Below are positions 37,575-46,496 of a stretch of DNA of 64,000 nucleotides, one piece after another. This DNA is from a virus. The stretch is from positions 32,001 to 96,000 of the IMG/VR virus record IMGVR_UViG_3300045988_169015, one strand, 5' to 3'. The notes under the pieces are model-generated. The model was given only the letters and a program-made list of their open reading frames with translations, did not search any database and was not told where the DNA came from. The translations under genes and the position numbers were made by a program. The number at the start of each line of letters is the position of its first letter. The first letter of the stretch is position 1.

Positions 37575-37987
37575 GAGAAATTCAGGATTTTCTGAAAGCG
37601 CTGTGTCTTATGCACATTGCTCTCGAAAGCTTTTAAGACAAGAGGAGTCGCCATTATCATAGCTGTCGCAATTCTTTCAAGCTGTTTATCGCTCAGATGC
37701 CCAACAATTTCAATTATCTGAAATTTGTTAATGACCCATTGGCTTTCGGCTTCAAAAGTCGTATTTCTTGGCAGCCCTTGAATTTCTCCGGCTTTAAAGT
37801 GTGCATGAGTTGGAAGCGTGCTGTCATCTCTTTTTGTAGTTCCCGGAAGAACCTCTACTGTAGGAGAAACTTTATTTCCAATGTTGTTTGAAACAACGAC
37901 AGCATATCTTTCTCCGCCCTGCTGATGCCCGATGGCATTTGGCAGTGTTATTCTGACTACATCTCCTGTTTTAACGTTCATTGACAA
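37571..37987 (-). CDS. MazF/PemK-family endoribonuclease toxin
   Basis: GDVVRITLPNAIGHQQGGERYAVVVSNN...PTVEVLPGTT...PTHAHF matches the PemK/MazF pattern. Confidence 0.8.
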   Translation of the reverse strand: MSMNVKTGDVVRITLPNAIGHQQGGERYAVVVSNNIGNKVSPTVEVLPGTTKRDDSTLPTHAHFKAGEIQGLPRNTTFEAESQWVINKFQIIEIVGHLSDKQLERIATAMIMATPLVLKAFESNVHKTQRFQKILNFS

Positions 37988-38004
37988 GTTCTCCTTTCAT
38001 AGAA

Positions 38005-38400
38005 TCAAGCGGGCTTTTTCATATTTTTGCTTGGCAACAAAGCCGAAGCAAGATTAACAACATCTATTATTTCAACAGAAGCTTTAACGAAGCCCGGAAA
38101 ATCAAAATTTGTTTTTATAAACTCCTCATACATTTGTTCATTGGGAGCGTATTCATCTATATAATAGTATGTATCTCCAAAGTTTGGTATTCCATTAAGC
38201 AGCGGAACAAATATGCTAAAGTAATACCACTGATCATCATAGTCGAGTTCCTTTTTTAAAGTATCAATTACCAATCTTTCCCGGACTGCAAGCGGAAGCT
38301 GGAACCAGTCCAGCTTCATTTCTGCAAATCCGTTGTGAATATTCGTTGATGTGATAATATTCTTGCTGAATTCAAGATTGAAGTTATCGATTAATCTCAT
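38005..38400 (-). CDS. hypothetical protein (positional antitoxin candidate)
   Basis: Start set to the ATG at 38400, which forms an ATGA overlap with the upstream gene. It lies directly upstream of the MazF-like gene and shows no MazE-like motif. Confidence 0.45.
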   Translation of the reverse strand: MRLIDNFNLEFSKNIITSTNIHNGFAEMKLDWFQLPLAVRERLVIDTLKKELDYDDQWYYFSIFVPLLNGIPNFGDTYYYIDEYAPNEQMYEEFIKTNFDFPGFVKASVEIIDVVNLASALLPSKNMKKPA

Positions 38401-39578
38401 ACTTGCTCGCTGCCTTTCTGATAATTTCTGTTCCATGTGTCAGGTGGAAGTTCTTCTGCCAGCATATCTGCATTTCTTTCCAGGATTTCTTTGCTGTCAG
38501 GGCGAAGGCACTTGGGGTTATTGGTTTTTTCATCCATTCTATATTTGGAACATTCCGCATGGCAAAACTCTTTTGTATCCAACCAGTTTTGCATATATTG
38601 TTCATCGTAATAATAACCAAGACAATTCAGAAGCTTGCACATGAATCTCTTTAAATAAATAGGATCTTCAAGAGCTAATACGACTTCTAATACTTTGCAA
38701 ACGTTTTTAAAGTTTTGATTTATGATTTCTTCTTCCCTTGAGTAAAATAAATGCTTTTGAGGCTGTCCAAGGAGTGTCTCAGTAAATAGGTTTCGAGCAT
38801 TATTGGGACGACGATTTGCAATTCCGTAAGTAATTCTTTCCAGAACATCGCTGTCGTAATATAACCCAACGGCTTTTGCCTCCCTTAATTTTTCTGCTTT
38901 TTCCAATGGCAAAAACTTGTCAAGGTCAGATTGACGATAATTTATATAAAAAATATAGTACTTATCAAACAGTTCCAGATACCCGGGACGGGGAGAAAAG
39001 GGGCCACTTCTATCATAAGGGTCATAGACACATTTGGCCATAAGCCTAAACTCTGAGGTATGACTAAGCTTTTCCATTACAATTTCATCATAATAATACC
39101 CCAGAATATTAAGAATTCTACACGTAAGTCCTTCGATATACATTGATTCATCACTGTTTTTTGCAACATATGCCATGATCCTAAAATCATGATAATCAAA
39201 AAAGCGACGAACAGTATCTATTTTTTCCTTATCGAGTAAAGGAGATGGAAATTGATCTCCATTAAAAAAAACGGTTCCATTAAACCTGTTAATATCTGAA
39301 GAAGAGATATCTTCATCACGACGTGCCGCAAACTCAAGAATCGTCAATGTTATACTTATTTGGAATTTTTCATCATAAATAAGCCCCAGCTCTGTCGCCT
39401 TGTTAATATTTGTAATCTTTTCTTCAATGCTGCCGACTCTGGCATATTCAGCTGCAGCTATTCTGGATTCTTTAGCGGCTTCTAATTTTGCATCTACACA
39501 TGTTTCTTTAACCTTTTCATGCACCACAGCGCCGCCAATACCAAGCCATGTAAAAATAGTACTTACCAATCCAAGCAT
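38397..39578 (-). CDS. membrane-anchored protein with internal duplication
   Basis: 393 aa with an N-terminal TM helix. It has a repeated segment: LNILGYYYDEIVMEKL and LNCLGYYYDEQYMQNWL. Confidence 0.5.
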   Translation of the reverse strand: MLGLVSTIFTWLGIGGAVVHEKVKETCVDAKLEAAKESRIAAAEYARVGSIEEKITNINKATELGLIYDEKFQISITLTILEFAARRDEDISSSDINRFNGTVFFNGDQFPSPLLDKEKIDTVRRFFDYHDFRIMAYVAKNSDESMYIEGLTCRILNILGYYYDEIVMEKLSHTSEFRLMAKCVYDPYDRSGPFSPRPGYLELFDKYYIFYINYRQSDLDKFLPLEKAEKLREAKAVGLYYDSDVLERITYGIANRRPNNARNLFTETLLGQPQKHLFYSREEEIINQNFKNVCKVLEVVLALEDPIYLKRFMCKLLNCLGYYYDEQYMQNWLDTKEFCHAECSKYRMDEKTNNPKCLRPDSKEILERNADMLAEELPPDTWNRNYQKGSEQV

Positions 39579-39580
39579 TA

Positions 39581-39766
39581 TTATTCTCCTTTCTTATTTC
39601 GCAATTCTGCATTGCGCTTTCTTGCTTCTGCAAGTCTCCTCATTAAGTCTTCACGAGCAGCTTGTTCGGCGGCTTTAGCTTCTCTTTCATCGTCGTCTTC
39701 AACCGATTTAACAAGAAAGAAAATTAAAGGATATGCAAAAATGATAATTAGTATAATTATTTCCAT
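39581..39766 (-). CDS. small membrane protein with charged tail
   Basis: 61 aa with a TM helix followed by a DDDEREAKAAEQAARED tail. Confidence 0.4.
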   Translation of the reverse strand: MEIIILIIIFAYPLIFFLVKSVEDDDEREAKAAEQAAREDLMRRLAEARKRNAELRNKKGE

Positions 39767-39778
39767 ATATACACCCTC

Positions 39779-40018
39779 TTACACGTCCATTTCCAAAGCT
39801 TCATTCAGTTCGGAAAAGGCTTCATCAAAAGCATCGGCGGCAGAATTAAGGTGATCGATATATTCCTGCATTGCGTCGCCCTTCTCGCTTTCTTGATTTT
39901 TTTCAGACCATTTATCAAACCTTTCCTGTGCTTTGTCGGCCGCTTCTCTTACGACCGTTGCAAAATCGACTGTATCATTCATCTGGGAAAGTGCCATAAT
40001 TCTATTCATGTTTTCCAT
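39779..40018 (-). CDS. hypothetical acidic helical protein
   Basis: 79-aa ORF downstream of hicA. It has no HicB-like motif. Confidence 0.4.
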   Translation of the reverse strand: MENMNRIMALSQMNDTVDFATVVREAADKAQERFDKWSEKNQESEKGDAMQEYIDHLNSAADAFDEAFSELNEALEMDV

Positions 40019-40034
40019 TTGTAAAATCCTCCAT

Positions 40035-40232
40035 TTAATTTAATATCAAATTATTTTCCTTGACAATTCTCAGAAAAAGCATTTTATTAACTGTCTTTTT
40101 CTGAGACGGAATTGAAACGCTGCAATTACCGTTTGAATAAATACGATGACTGCCGTGAGTTCTAAGATATGTAAACCCATTCCGTGATAATATATCCTGC
40201 ACTTCTCGCACAGAATATTCTTTTATAAACAT
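40035..40232 (-). CDS. hicA: HicA-family mRNA interferase toxin
   Basis: 65 aa. LSRNGFTYLRTHGSHRIY...IPSQKK matches the YcfA/HicA pattern. Confidence 0.75.
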   Translation of the reverse strand: MFIKEYSVREVQDILSRNGFTYLRTHGSHRIYSNGNCSVSIPSQKKTVNKMLFLRIVKENNLILN

Positions 40233-40264
40233 CTTTAGACCTCCTTATATATTTTGCCATACTA

Positions 40265-40273
40265 ATTATAGCA
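40265..40273 (-). promoter_or_regulatory. extended -10 element (TGCTATAAT) upstream of hicA
   Basis: Minus strand reads TGcTATAAT about 30 nt upstream of the hicA RBS. No good -35 element. Confidence 0.35.
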
Positions 40274-40331
40274 CACGATCTGGTCGGAAAATCGGACAGC
40301 AAATGTGTATGACAAGAAATAATTAGTTTAC

Positions 40332-40360
40332 TTGACTTTTATCACGAAATGTGGTATAAT
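40332..40360 (+). promoter_or_regulatory. plus-strand promoter for the repressor operon
   Basis: TTGACT (40332-40337), a 17-nt spacer, then TATAAT (40355-40360) with an extended TGg. It is divergent from hicA. Confidence 0.7.
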
Positions 40361-40515
40361 AATACTAAAGTTGAGAATATTCAACTTATAATATGATTAT
40401 ATACGCTTTTGAACGTAAAGTCAAGTGTTTTTTCAAATTATATTCATCTTTGTTTATTATTGACAAAGATACAATTAAGAAACTATACAACAATTTACGA
40501 GGTAAACATTGAAAT

Positions 40516-41286
40516 ATGGAATACAGTGAAACCATAATACAGAAAATAGTAAACAGCGGAAAGACTAAGGCTTCCGTTGCAGCTGCTATTGGCTGTAACA
40601 AGAGCTTATTCAGCCAGTGGGAAAAGAAACCGACTTCTAAGATAACTCTTGATATTGTAGTTAAAATCGCAAGATACCTTAACGTTACCGTTGACAACCT
40701 ATTGTTTGATAAAATATCATTATCTGAGAACGACAAAGCATTATTAAATGTCTTCCACTCGCTGCCTGATAATGAACAACAGCGTTTTATTGGTCGCTGT
40801 TCTGAAATATCCGACAGGCTCGGAGAATCTCAAAACAAAAGACGAAAAATCTCTATGCGCAAAATGGATATTGCGGTTATCGCTGCAGGCGCAGGTGTTT
40901 CTTTCCCCTTTACGGAAGATGATTCTTTTGAAAAAGAGTCGTTTCCTATTGACGAAATCCCTGTTGGTGCAGATTGTGGAATTCCGATTGACGGAGATAG
41001 CATGGAACCTGAATATCCCAATGGCTGCATTGTTTGGGTAAACCGCAATTGTGGGATCCGATATGGAGATGAAGTTATTGCCATAGTTGATGGTTGTCCC
41101 CTGTTTAAAATCTATCAGGAAGATGGTCTTCATTCTTACAATTCTAAATATTCGGTTATAACTACAGACCATAAGATCGAAATTTTTGGCAAAGTCATCG
41201 GGTATTATATAAAAGAAGAACCTCAGATGCTTGCTGCCCGCAGTTACAATTTATGTAACATCTCCAAATCTACCAACAATTACTAA
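40516..41286 (+). CDS. CI/LexA-like repressor (XRE HTH plus S24 peptidase)
   Basis: N-terminal HTH (KASVAAAIGCNKSLFSQWE). The C-terminal GDSMEP Ser motif and a downstream Lys (FKIY) indicate S24 autoprotease. Confidence 0.85.
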   Translation: MEYSETIIQKIVNSGKTKASVAAAIGCNKSLFSQWEKKPTSKITLDIVVKIARYLNVTVDNLLFDKISLSENDKALLNVFHSLPDNEQQRFIGRCSEISDRLGESQNKRRKISMRKMDIAVIAAGAGVSFPFTEDDSFEKESFPIDEIPVGADCGIPIDGDSMEPEYPNGCIVWVNRNCGIRYGDEVIAIVDGCPLFKIYQEDGLHSYNSKYSVITTDHKIEIFGKVIGYYIKEEPQMLAARSYNLCNISKSTNNY

Positions 41287-41301
41287 CGTCCCTCCTTAAT
41301 A

Positions 41302-41346
41302 ATCACCCGGCAGTTACAAACAATAACTGCTGAGGTGATTTTTTTG
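41302..41346 (+). terminator. stem-loop plus T-run between the repressor and immA-like genes
   Basis: ATCACC-c-GGCAGTTA-caaacaa-TAACTGC-tga-GGTGAT followed by TTTTTTT. The arms carry the GCAGTTA/TAACTGC motif. Confidence 0.5.
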
Positions 41347-41883
41347 TATGAAAAATATAAACGGGCCAGAAATGCAGCGTGGCAATGTTTGATCAACTGC
41401 AATATTAAAGCGCTCCCTGTCAAACTGTCTCAGATTTGCAATCATTACAATTCCGAAGTAATAGAAAATTCTGTTCTGCCGACTGACAGCCCTTATGCTT
41501 TAGCCGCCGAACAAAGAGGAAAAACAGTTATCGAGAACAACAGATATTATATCATTGTAAGAGATACCGAAACATACCAAGCACGACGATACACTATTGC
41601 TCATGAGCTGGGTCATATTATCATCCCCACCGATGACGAGTATGAAGCAGAAAGATTTGCGATTGACATTCTTGCTCCTGCGTGCGTGCTTTGGGGCTGC
41701 GACATTCATTCGGCAAATGAGATATCTGAAATTTGTAATATATCCAAAACGGCAGCCGAAATAAGAGCAAAGAGAATGGCAGTGTTATATCAGCGTAACG
41801 TTTTTCTTAAATCATCTTTAGAACGTCAGGTCTATGGACAATTTGCAGATTTTATTTGGGAATATAAGCATAATCACAATTAA
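41335..41883 (+). CDS. ImmA/IrrE-family zinc metalloprotease
   Basis: HEXXH motif (IAHELGHII). It lies downstream of the CI-like repressor. The start codon is uncertain (GTG at 41335 or TTG at 41344). Confidence 0.8.
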   Translation: MIFLYEKYKRARNAAWQCLINCNIKALPVKLSQICNHYNSEVIENSVLPTDSPYALAAEQRGKTVIENNRYYIIVRDTETYQARRYTIAHELGHIIIPTDDEYEAERFAIDILAPACVLWGCDIHSANEISEICNISKTAAEIRAKRMAVLYQRNVFLKSSLERQVYGQFADFIWEYKHNHN

Positions 41884-42209
41884 TCATATGTACCGTCGGC
41901 GCACATTTCATCAAAGGTTTTGACGTTAAGATAGACGCAGTCCCAAGGAGTGCCAAAGTGAGCCACTCCCCATACATAAAGATTCAGTTCATCGCAATAG
42001 TATACAATTTCATCGGTTGCTCTTGCCAAATAATCGGCAAAGCTCTGATCGATAAGATAATACTGATAGATATCGTAATAATAATCATTTTCTTCATCAT
42101 AATCATTACCGCAATAAAGCTCAAGTTCAAGATTCGTGATATTATTGCAGAGAATAAGATTTTCATTTTTAACAAGTTCAGCATAAGATATCTTTTTCAT
42201 GTACGACAC
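41880..42209 (-). CDS. hypothetical acidic protein
   Basis: 109 aa, rich in D/E/Y. Convergent with the immA-like gene. Confidence 0.45.
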   Translation of the reverse strand: MSYMKKISYAELVKNENLILCNNITNLELELYCGNDYDEENDYYYDIYQYYLIDQSFADYLARATDEIVYYCDELNLYVWGVAHFGTPWDCVYLNVKTFDEMCADGTYD

Positions 42210-42379
42210 TCCTCTTTTGTGTTATCAAGTTTCTGAATTGAAATTATGCAGTCCACCTTGACAGATTGCATGAGTTTAACAACAGCATCGGCAGGAGAAA
42301 TTGCAGTTATGGTTTTCTTGATTCCACATCTGAATGATGGGGCTCCGCTATCAAACACGATTATATATTCGTTCATCAT
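42197..42379 (-). CDS. hypothetical small protein
   Basis: Start set to the ATG at 42379, behind GGAAAGGAAG. Confidence 0.4.
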   Translation of the reverse strand: MMNEYIIVFDSGAPSFRCGIKKTITAISPADAVVKLMQSVKVDCIISIQKLDNTKEECRT

Positions 42380-42396
42380 TACTCTTCCTTTCCATA

Positions 42397-42663
42397 TTAG
42401 CATTCATCACAATTAGGACAATAGTTAAGATAGAACATCAGGCTAAAACAGTCCGGCTCTAATTCCTGACCATCAAAACAGAATTCCTCATGCTGAATCA
42501 GTTCGTCAAGAATAGCCTCGGCATTTGCTGATATAACCGTCTTACTTGTTCTGAACCTTTTTGCAAGATCATCAAAGTAAAATATGTAATTGCCGGATGT
42601 GGTTTTTGCAGTTCCTGTTTTTATCATGTAATTTGCGATTTCCTTTATGAACTTATTATTCAT
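42397..42663 (-). CDS. hypothetical protein
   Basis: 88-aa ORF ending in CPNCDEC. Confidence 0.4.
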   Translation of the reverse strand: MNNKFIKEIANYMIKTGTAKTTSGNYIFYFDDLAKRFRTSKTVISANAEAILDELIQHEEFCFDGQELEPDCFSLMFYLNYCPNCDEC

Positions 42664-42923
42664 ATTGCTGCCTCCATTTCTTTTCTGTACCTCAGCTGAT
42701 CATAAGCCTCGCCTTTTGCAATCAGATTTTCGTATTCCTGCAAATCATAACTCATCGGGCACTCTTTAGTGAATTTCAACCGGGTACCCGAAACGGAGCA
42801 AAAGTATTCTCGATACTCCTTGCCTGTTTTGGATTCCATCATAATGATGGAACGATTCATGCACTCGCTGCACAGTTTCATATCCATAGAAAACATCTCC
42901 TTATTTAAACATATATTTTTCAA
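42660..42923 (-). CDS. hypothetical protein
   Basis: ORF with a CSEC...C...C pattern. The true start is probably an internal ATG behind AAGGAG. Confidence 0.4.
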   Translation of the reverse strand: MKNICLNKEMFSMDMKLCSECMNRSIIMMESKTGKEYREYFCSVSGTRLKFTKECPMSYDLQEYENLIAKGEAYDQLRYRKEMEAAI

Positions 42924-43025
42924 TATGCTTCGTTCACGATTTTACAGTTGTCGGATTGAGAAAGCTCCTCGTTCCGAGCCGTTATCCACAGTCCATGGTG
43001 GGCTGTGCAGAATTTGGCGTGACGA

Positions 43026-43391
43026 TTACTCTTCTTTTATTTCTTCAATTATGATGCCGTACTTTTCAGCAACGGCTCTGTTTATTGTAATCTTCCTACC
43101 TTCGACTTTGAGTATCTGTGCCTGACTGAACCGTCCGACAGTAAAAGTTTTTGTCGTGACGAGCGTTTCATCTTCGTGGATATAATTATCATAGCGAGGA
43201 TCTTCTTTTGTAATATAAAAATTCGTCTGGTTCTTACTGTTATACCCACGATAATCATAACGTTTAAATCCGGTCCAGTAACCCTTTGTGAGATTACATC
43301 CGCAGTATTCACGAAGTTCCTTATACGAGTTGCAGAAGTGGTTATACGATTCGTCGGGAGTTACACATTCGACTTTGTATCTTGTTTTCAT
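43026..43391 (-). CDS. hypothetical protein
   Basis: Start at the ATG at 43391, behind GGAGGAATAAAA. Confidence 0.45.
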   Translation of the reverse strand: MKTRYKVECVTPDESYNHFCNSYKELREYCGCNLTKGYWTGFKRYDYRGYNSKNQTNFYITKEDPRYDNYIHEDETLVTTKTFTVGRFSQAQILKVEGRKITINRAVAEKYGIIIEEIKEE

Positions 43392-43412
43392 TTTTATTCC
43401 TCCGATTATCAT

Positions 43413-43628
43413 TTAGTGTATCTCGTCTTCGTAGAATGGAGTGCCATCCGAATGAAGAATCTGATATACATATAAAGATACAGGTTTATTGATTTCAAAT
43501 AACCGACCATTGATGTTTGCATATATCTTTGTAAATGCTCTTCCTTCTTTTTTTCTTACACATTCGTTGATAAGAGTTTCGGCTTTCTTCGCAGCTTTAC
43601 TAAAATCAAAATCATATACCAGTTTCAT
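43413..43628 (-). CDS. hypothetical small protein
   Basis: Start at the ATG at 43628, behind GGAGGAGTAGAA. Confidence 0.4.
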   Translation of the reverse strand: MKLVYDFDFSKAAKKAETLINECVRKKEGRAFTKIYANINGRLFEINKPVSLYVYQILHSDGTPFYEDEIH

Positions 43629-43645
43629 TTCTACTCCTCCAATCA

Positions 43646-43909
43646 TCAATCGTTCCAGTCAGGCTGGTCACAGTATGTAGTGTTCTCAAAAATCTTTCTC
43701 GCTTTTTGGACGGCTCTTGTTATGGATATTCTCTTTGGAAGTTTGAGCTGAACAGGAGCGAAGCAGCCGTCATAATGGAAGTCGATATTATATATCCACT
43801 GTCCATTTTCGTTTTCGAAATAGTCATAGCTATGAAGAGTTCCGTTCGGCTGATGGCTCCACACATCTGTCAGTTTCTTCATTATCCATTTTGCACCGGG
43901 TTTTATCAT
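43646..43909 (-). CDS. hypothetical protein
   Basis: 87-aa ORF behind GGAGGCAACC. Confidence 0.4.
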   Translation of the reverse strand: MIKPGAKWIMKKLTDVWSHQPNGTLHSYDYFENENGQWIYNIDFHYDGCFAPVQLKLPKRISITRAVQKARKIFENTTYCDQPDWND

Positions 43910-43924
43910 AGGTTGCCTCCTTAC

Positions 43925-44119
43925 TTAATATAGCTCCACATAATGTGTGCCGTCTTCTCTGCGTTCGTAGCCGCCAATCTGTGCAACGATTTCGCACATT
44001 CCGTTATAACAAATCTTGTTGGTTTCATAAGCGGTTCGGTTTGATTTTACTTCTTGCATTATCTGATATCTTAAATTGAGACGTTCAGCAAGTTTCTTTT
44101 CCATCTGTTTCCGTGTCAT
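43925..44119 (-). CDS. hypothetical small protein
   Basis: Start at the ATG at 44119, behind GAGGAG. Confidence 0.4.
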   Translation of the reverse strand: MTRKQMEKKLAERLNLRYQIMQEVKSNRTAYETNKICYNGMCEIVAQIGGYERREDGTHYVELY

Positions 44120-44124
44120 GGTTA

Positions 44125-44397
44125 TCACTCCTCTTCTGCTTTTACAAAATCTTCTCCGTAATAAAGGCTGATATCCAAATCGTAATTATCAGTTACGCCC
44201 CAGCCGTTATGATATCCTTCGTCTCCATCCACAAACCAACACTCAATATCACTCAGGATATCTTCTGTATCGGGGATCATTGTTTCGTCTGCCGTGTCTT
44301 TGCCTGCATCGAGCAGCTCCTTGCGGAACGCCCGACACTCAGCAATGAAGTTATCAACTTTGCGCTTGCCGCTCTCAGTCAGTTTGAAATCGTACAT
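44125..44397 (-). CDS. hypothetical acidic protein
   Basis: 90-aa ORF rich in D/E. Confidence 0.4.
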   Translation of the reverse strand: MYDFKLTESGKRKVDNFIAECRAFRKELLDAGKDTADETMIPDTEDILSDIECWFVDGDEGYHNGWGVTDNYDLDISLYYGEDFVKAEEE

Positions 44398-44409
44398 ATA
44401 TATTTCCTT

Positions 44410-45063
44410 TCAATTAACATCATTATCATTTGCTTCTTTGAGAATAATGACACCGATATACCAGTTATTTCCTCTTAAATAAATATTTCTGCCTTCATCG
44501 TCCGCAGTATTGATATCCTTTTCGGTAATAAGATCAATGCCTAAATCGTATTTTGTAATTAAGCCATTGATATGCTCGGCTACTTCATCTGAGCCGTCAA
44601 AATAATCGCCTTCGTAATCTTCGTCTTCCCCAATACTCCATTCAACATGGTAATAATCAGTGCCGAACCAACCTATATCATCGGTCATATACAGCCCGCC
44701 GTCCTTCTCCTCGGCTATCCAATGTATGGAAATACGATTATCATAATGCCTTGCGATTATCTCACGCCACATTTTGATCATTGGTATCCATGCTGTTTCG
44801 GCAAAGATATCAAAACTCGACTTATCCTGTCTGTCAGTTACATTTCCGATGTCATCGATCCATCCACGGCAGCGGATAATGTTTTCGGGATTATCGATTC
44901 TGTCGCCGAAGCCGAACCCGATGAGCACATTACCAAGCCAAGGCTCACCAAAGCCTGAAGTTTCTGCATTTGACGATGTGTACTGTACTATCTTATTGTG
45001 CAGATCCGTAAGGTCTGCGAAGTTTCCTGTAAATTCTATTTTAGTAGAACACCAATTAGGCAT
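44410..45063 (-). CDS. hypothetical protein, paralogue of 45610-46209 (DUF1281/Api92-like N-terminus)
   Basis: Start at the ATG at 45063 (MPNWCSTKIEFTGN), behind AAAGGAGAA. It shares the N-terminal MxNxCST.I.F.G and ETAW.P motifs with 45610-46209. Confidence 0.55.
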   Translation of the reverse strand: MPNWCSTKIEFTGNFADLTDLHNKIVQYTSSNAETSGFGEPWLGNVLIGFGFGDRIDNPENIIRCRGWIDDIGNVTDRQDKSSFDIFAETAWIPMIKMWREIIARHYDNRISIHWIAEEKDGGLYMTDDIGWFGTDYYHVEWSIGEDEDYEGDYFDGSDEVAEHINGLITKYDLGIDLITEKDINTADDEGRNIYLRGNNWYIGVIILKEANDNDVN

Positions 45064-45077
45064 AATGTTTTCTCCTT

Positions 45078-45242
45078 TCAATCTTCAATATCGTACCCAA
45101 AATGGCAAAATCCAATTAGGTCTGAGATATAATCTCCAATATCTTCTTCGTCAACGTCATCGGGAATTTCAACTTCTGAGGGCAACTCTTCAAAAAGCTT
45201 TTTGTCTCCGTCAGTGTCCCACATAATATTTACTGCTTTCAT
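45078..45242 (-). CDS. small acidic protein (54 aa, below the ORF-track cutoff)
   Basis: ATG at 45242 behind AAGGAG. Reads MKAVNIMWDTDGDKKLFEELPSEVEIPDDVDEEDIGDYISDLIGFCHFGYDIED and fills an otherwise empty gap. Confidence 0.45.
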   Translation of the reverse strand: MKAVNIMWDTDGDKKLFEELPSEVEIPDDVDEEDIGDYISDLIGFCHFGYDIED

Positions 45243-45258
45243 ATCTACATCTCCTTTT

Positions 45259-45492
45259 TCAGTTGCGAAGTTCGTTGATCAGATCCTCATCTCCGTTTTC
45301 CAGAGCGTCGATCGTCTCTAAGTCAAGGCCGAAGCAGAAATCGCTGTCGTCCTCAAAGAACTCGTAGTTTTCGTTAGTATCAATATCGAGCGTCTCTTCT
45401 ATATATTCCAAGACTGCACGTCTCAACTCCTGCGCTCTGTTAAAGCAGTCATAGAATTCTTTTATCATACCATTAAGCTTTGCGTTATCCAT
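45259..45492 (-). CDS. hypothetical acidic protein
   Basis: 77 aa, strongly acidic. Confidence 0.4.
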   Translation of the reverse strand: MDNAKLNGMIKEFYDCFNRAQELRRAVLEYIEETLDIDTNENYEFFEDDSDFCFGLDLETIDALENGDEDLINELRN

Positions 45493-45609
45493 AATAAAAT
45501 CTCCTTTTCAAATTACAATTTACCAAACTTATCGTCGCTGTTTATCTTTACTCTGAGCTTACCGCCGCTTCTGAGAATGTATTTCCAATTACCCATTACA
45601 AACTCCTCT

Positions 45610-46209
45610 TTAATCAAAATCGCAGGTATCAAACAGTTCAAGCTTGTGAACTGACATAAACCAGTCTTCATTGACTTCAACTGCCACTTCCGCTTCCGCA
45701 AGAGACTTGACAGGCTCAAGTCCTGCTTTTTCAAAAACTCTGTTAACCTCTTTGAGCACCTCTTCTTCTGTGGCGCCGTAGAGGTAATCTGCATCGCTGC
45801 CTATATCGTAGTCAATGCAGTATGTCATGTCGCCAAATTCATTCATGTCGTTTGTGCAGTAGATATCGCAGCCGAACTCCTCTGCGCACCAGCTGAATGA
45901 AATGAGCTGCTCGTCATCTTTGGTATAGCATTTTGCAATTATCGCACTCCATATGCCAAGGCGAGGCGTCCATGCGGTTTCAGTATATATTGTTGCGCAA
46001 TCCCTGTCATATTCGATATCTCCTCTTAATGAGACCTTATCAGGATCGATTCCGAATTCATTGGCGATGTTGCGGAAGCTGCGTCTTTCGCAGTAGCTCA
46101 TATCAGGGTGTGCTTCATCTGAAACAGCGTGCTCGATCCTGTTGAAAAAATCTGTAAGTGCATCATCATTTCCAAAAAATCTTATCTGTGTAGAGCAAAT
46201 GTTAGCCAT
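45610..46209 (-). CDS. hypothetical protein, paralogue of 44410-45063
   Basis: Start at the ATG at 46209 (MANICSTQIRFFGND), behind GGAGGTAAC. Confidence 0.55.
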   Translation of the reverse strand: MANICSTQIRFFGNDDALTDFFNRIEHAVSDEAHPDMSYCERRSFRNIANEFGIDPDKVSLRGDIEYDRDCATIYTETAWTPRLGIWSAIIAKCYTKDDEQLISFSWCAEEFGCDIYCTNDMNEFGDMTYCIDYDIGSDADYLYGATEEEVLKEVNRVFEKAGLEPVKSLAEAEVAVEVNEDWFMSVHKLELFDTCDFD

Positions 46210-46268
46210 AATAGTTACCTCCAAATTCCATAAGCAGATAATCATAAAAACTTTTATCAGTGGTTGAA

Positions 46269-46496
46269 TTACCATGTAATGCGTTTGGGTATAAATTCAA
46301 TTTCTGCATTGCTATATGCAGTTATACAGTCTATCGGTGTATCAGGTTCGCCATCGAAATTTTGATATTTTGTGCATATTTTTGGCTCATGATCTTTGCG
46401 AGGATCAACATCAACAAATAACTTTCCGTTTTCGTTTTTATAAACGGGTCTGTTGTAACTGTCGTTTCCAATATAAATTAATGTTATTCTCATCAA
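46269..46496 (-). CDS. hypothetical small protein
   Basis: 75-aa ORF. It is the first gene after the structured array (minus-strand sense). Confidence 0.4.
   Translation of the reverse strand: MMRITLIYIGNDSYNRPVYKNENGKLFVDVDPRKDHEPKICTKYQNFDGEPDTPIDCITAYSNAEIEFIPKRITW

Noticed and set aside
40386-40736. 116-aa minus-strand ORF overlapping the repressor start
   Set aside because: It overlaps the well-supported plus-strand CI-like gene and its promoter region. The translation is hydrophobic and low-complexity.
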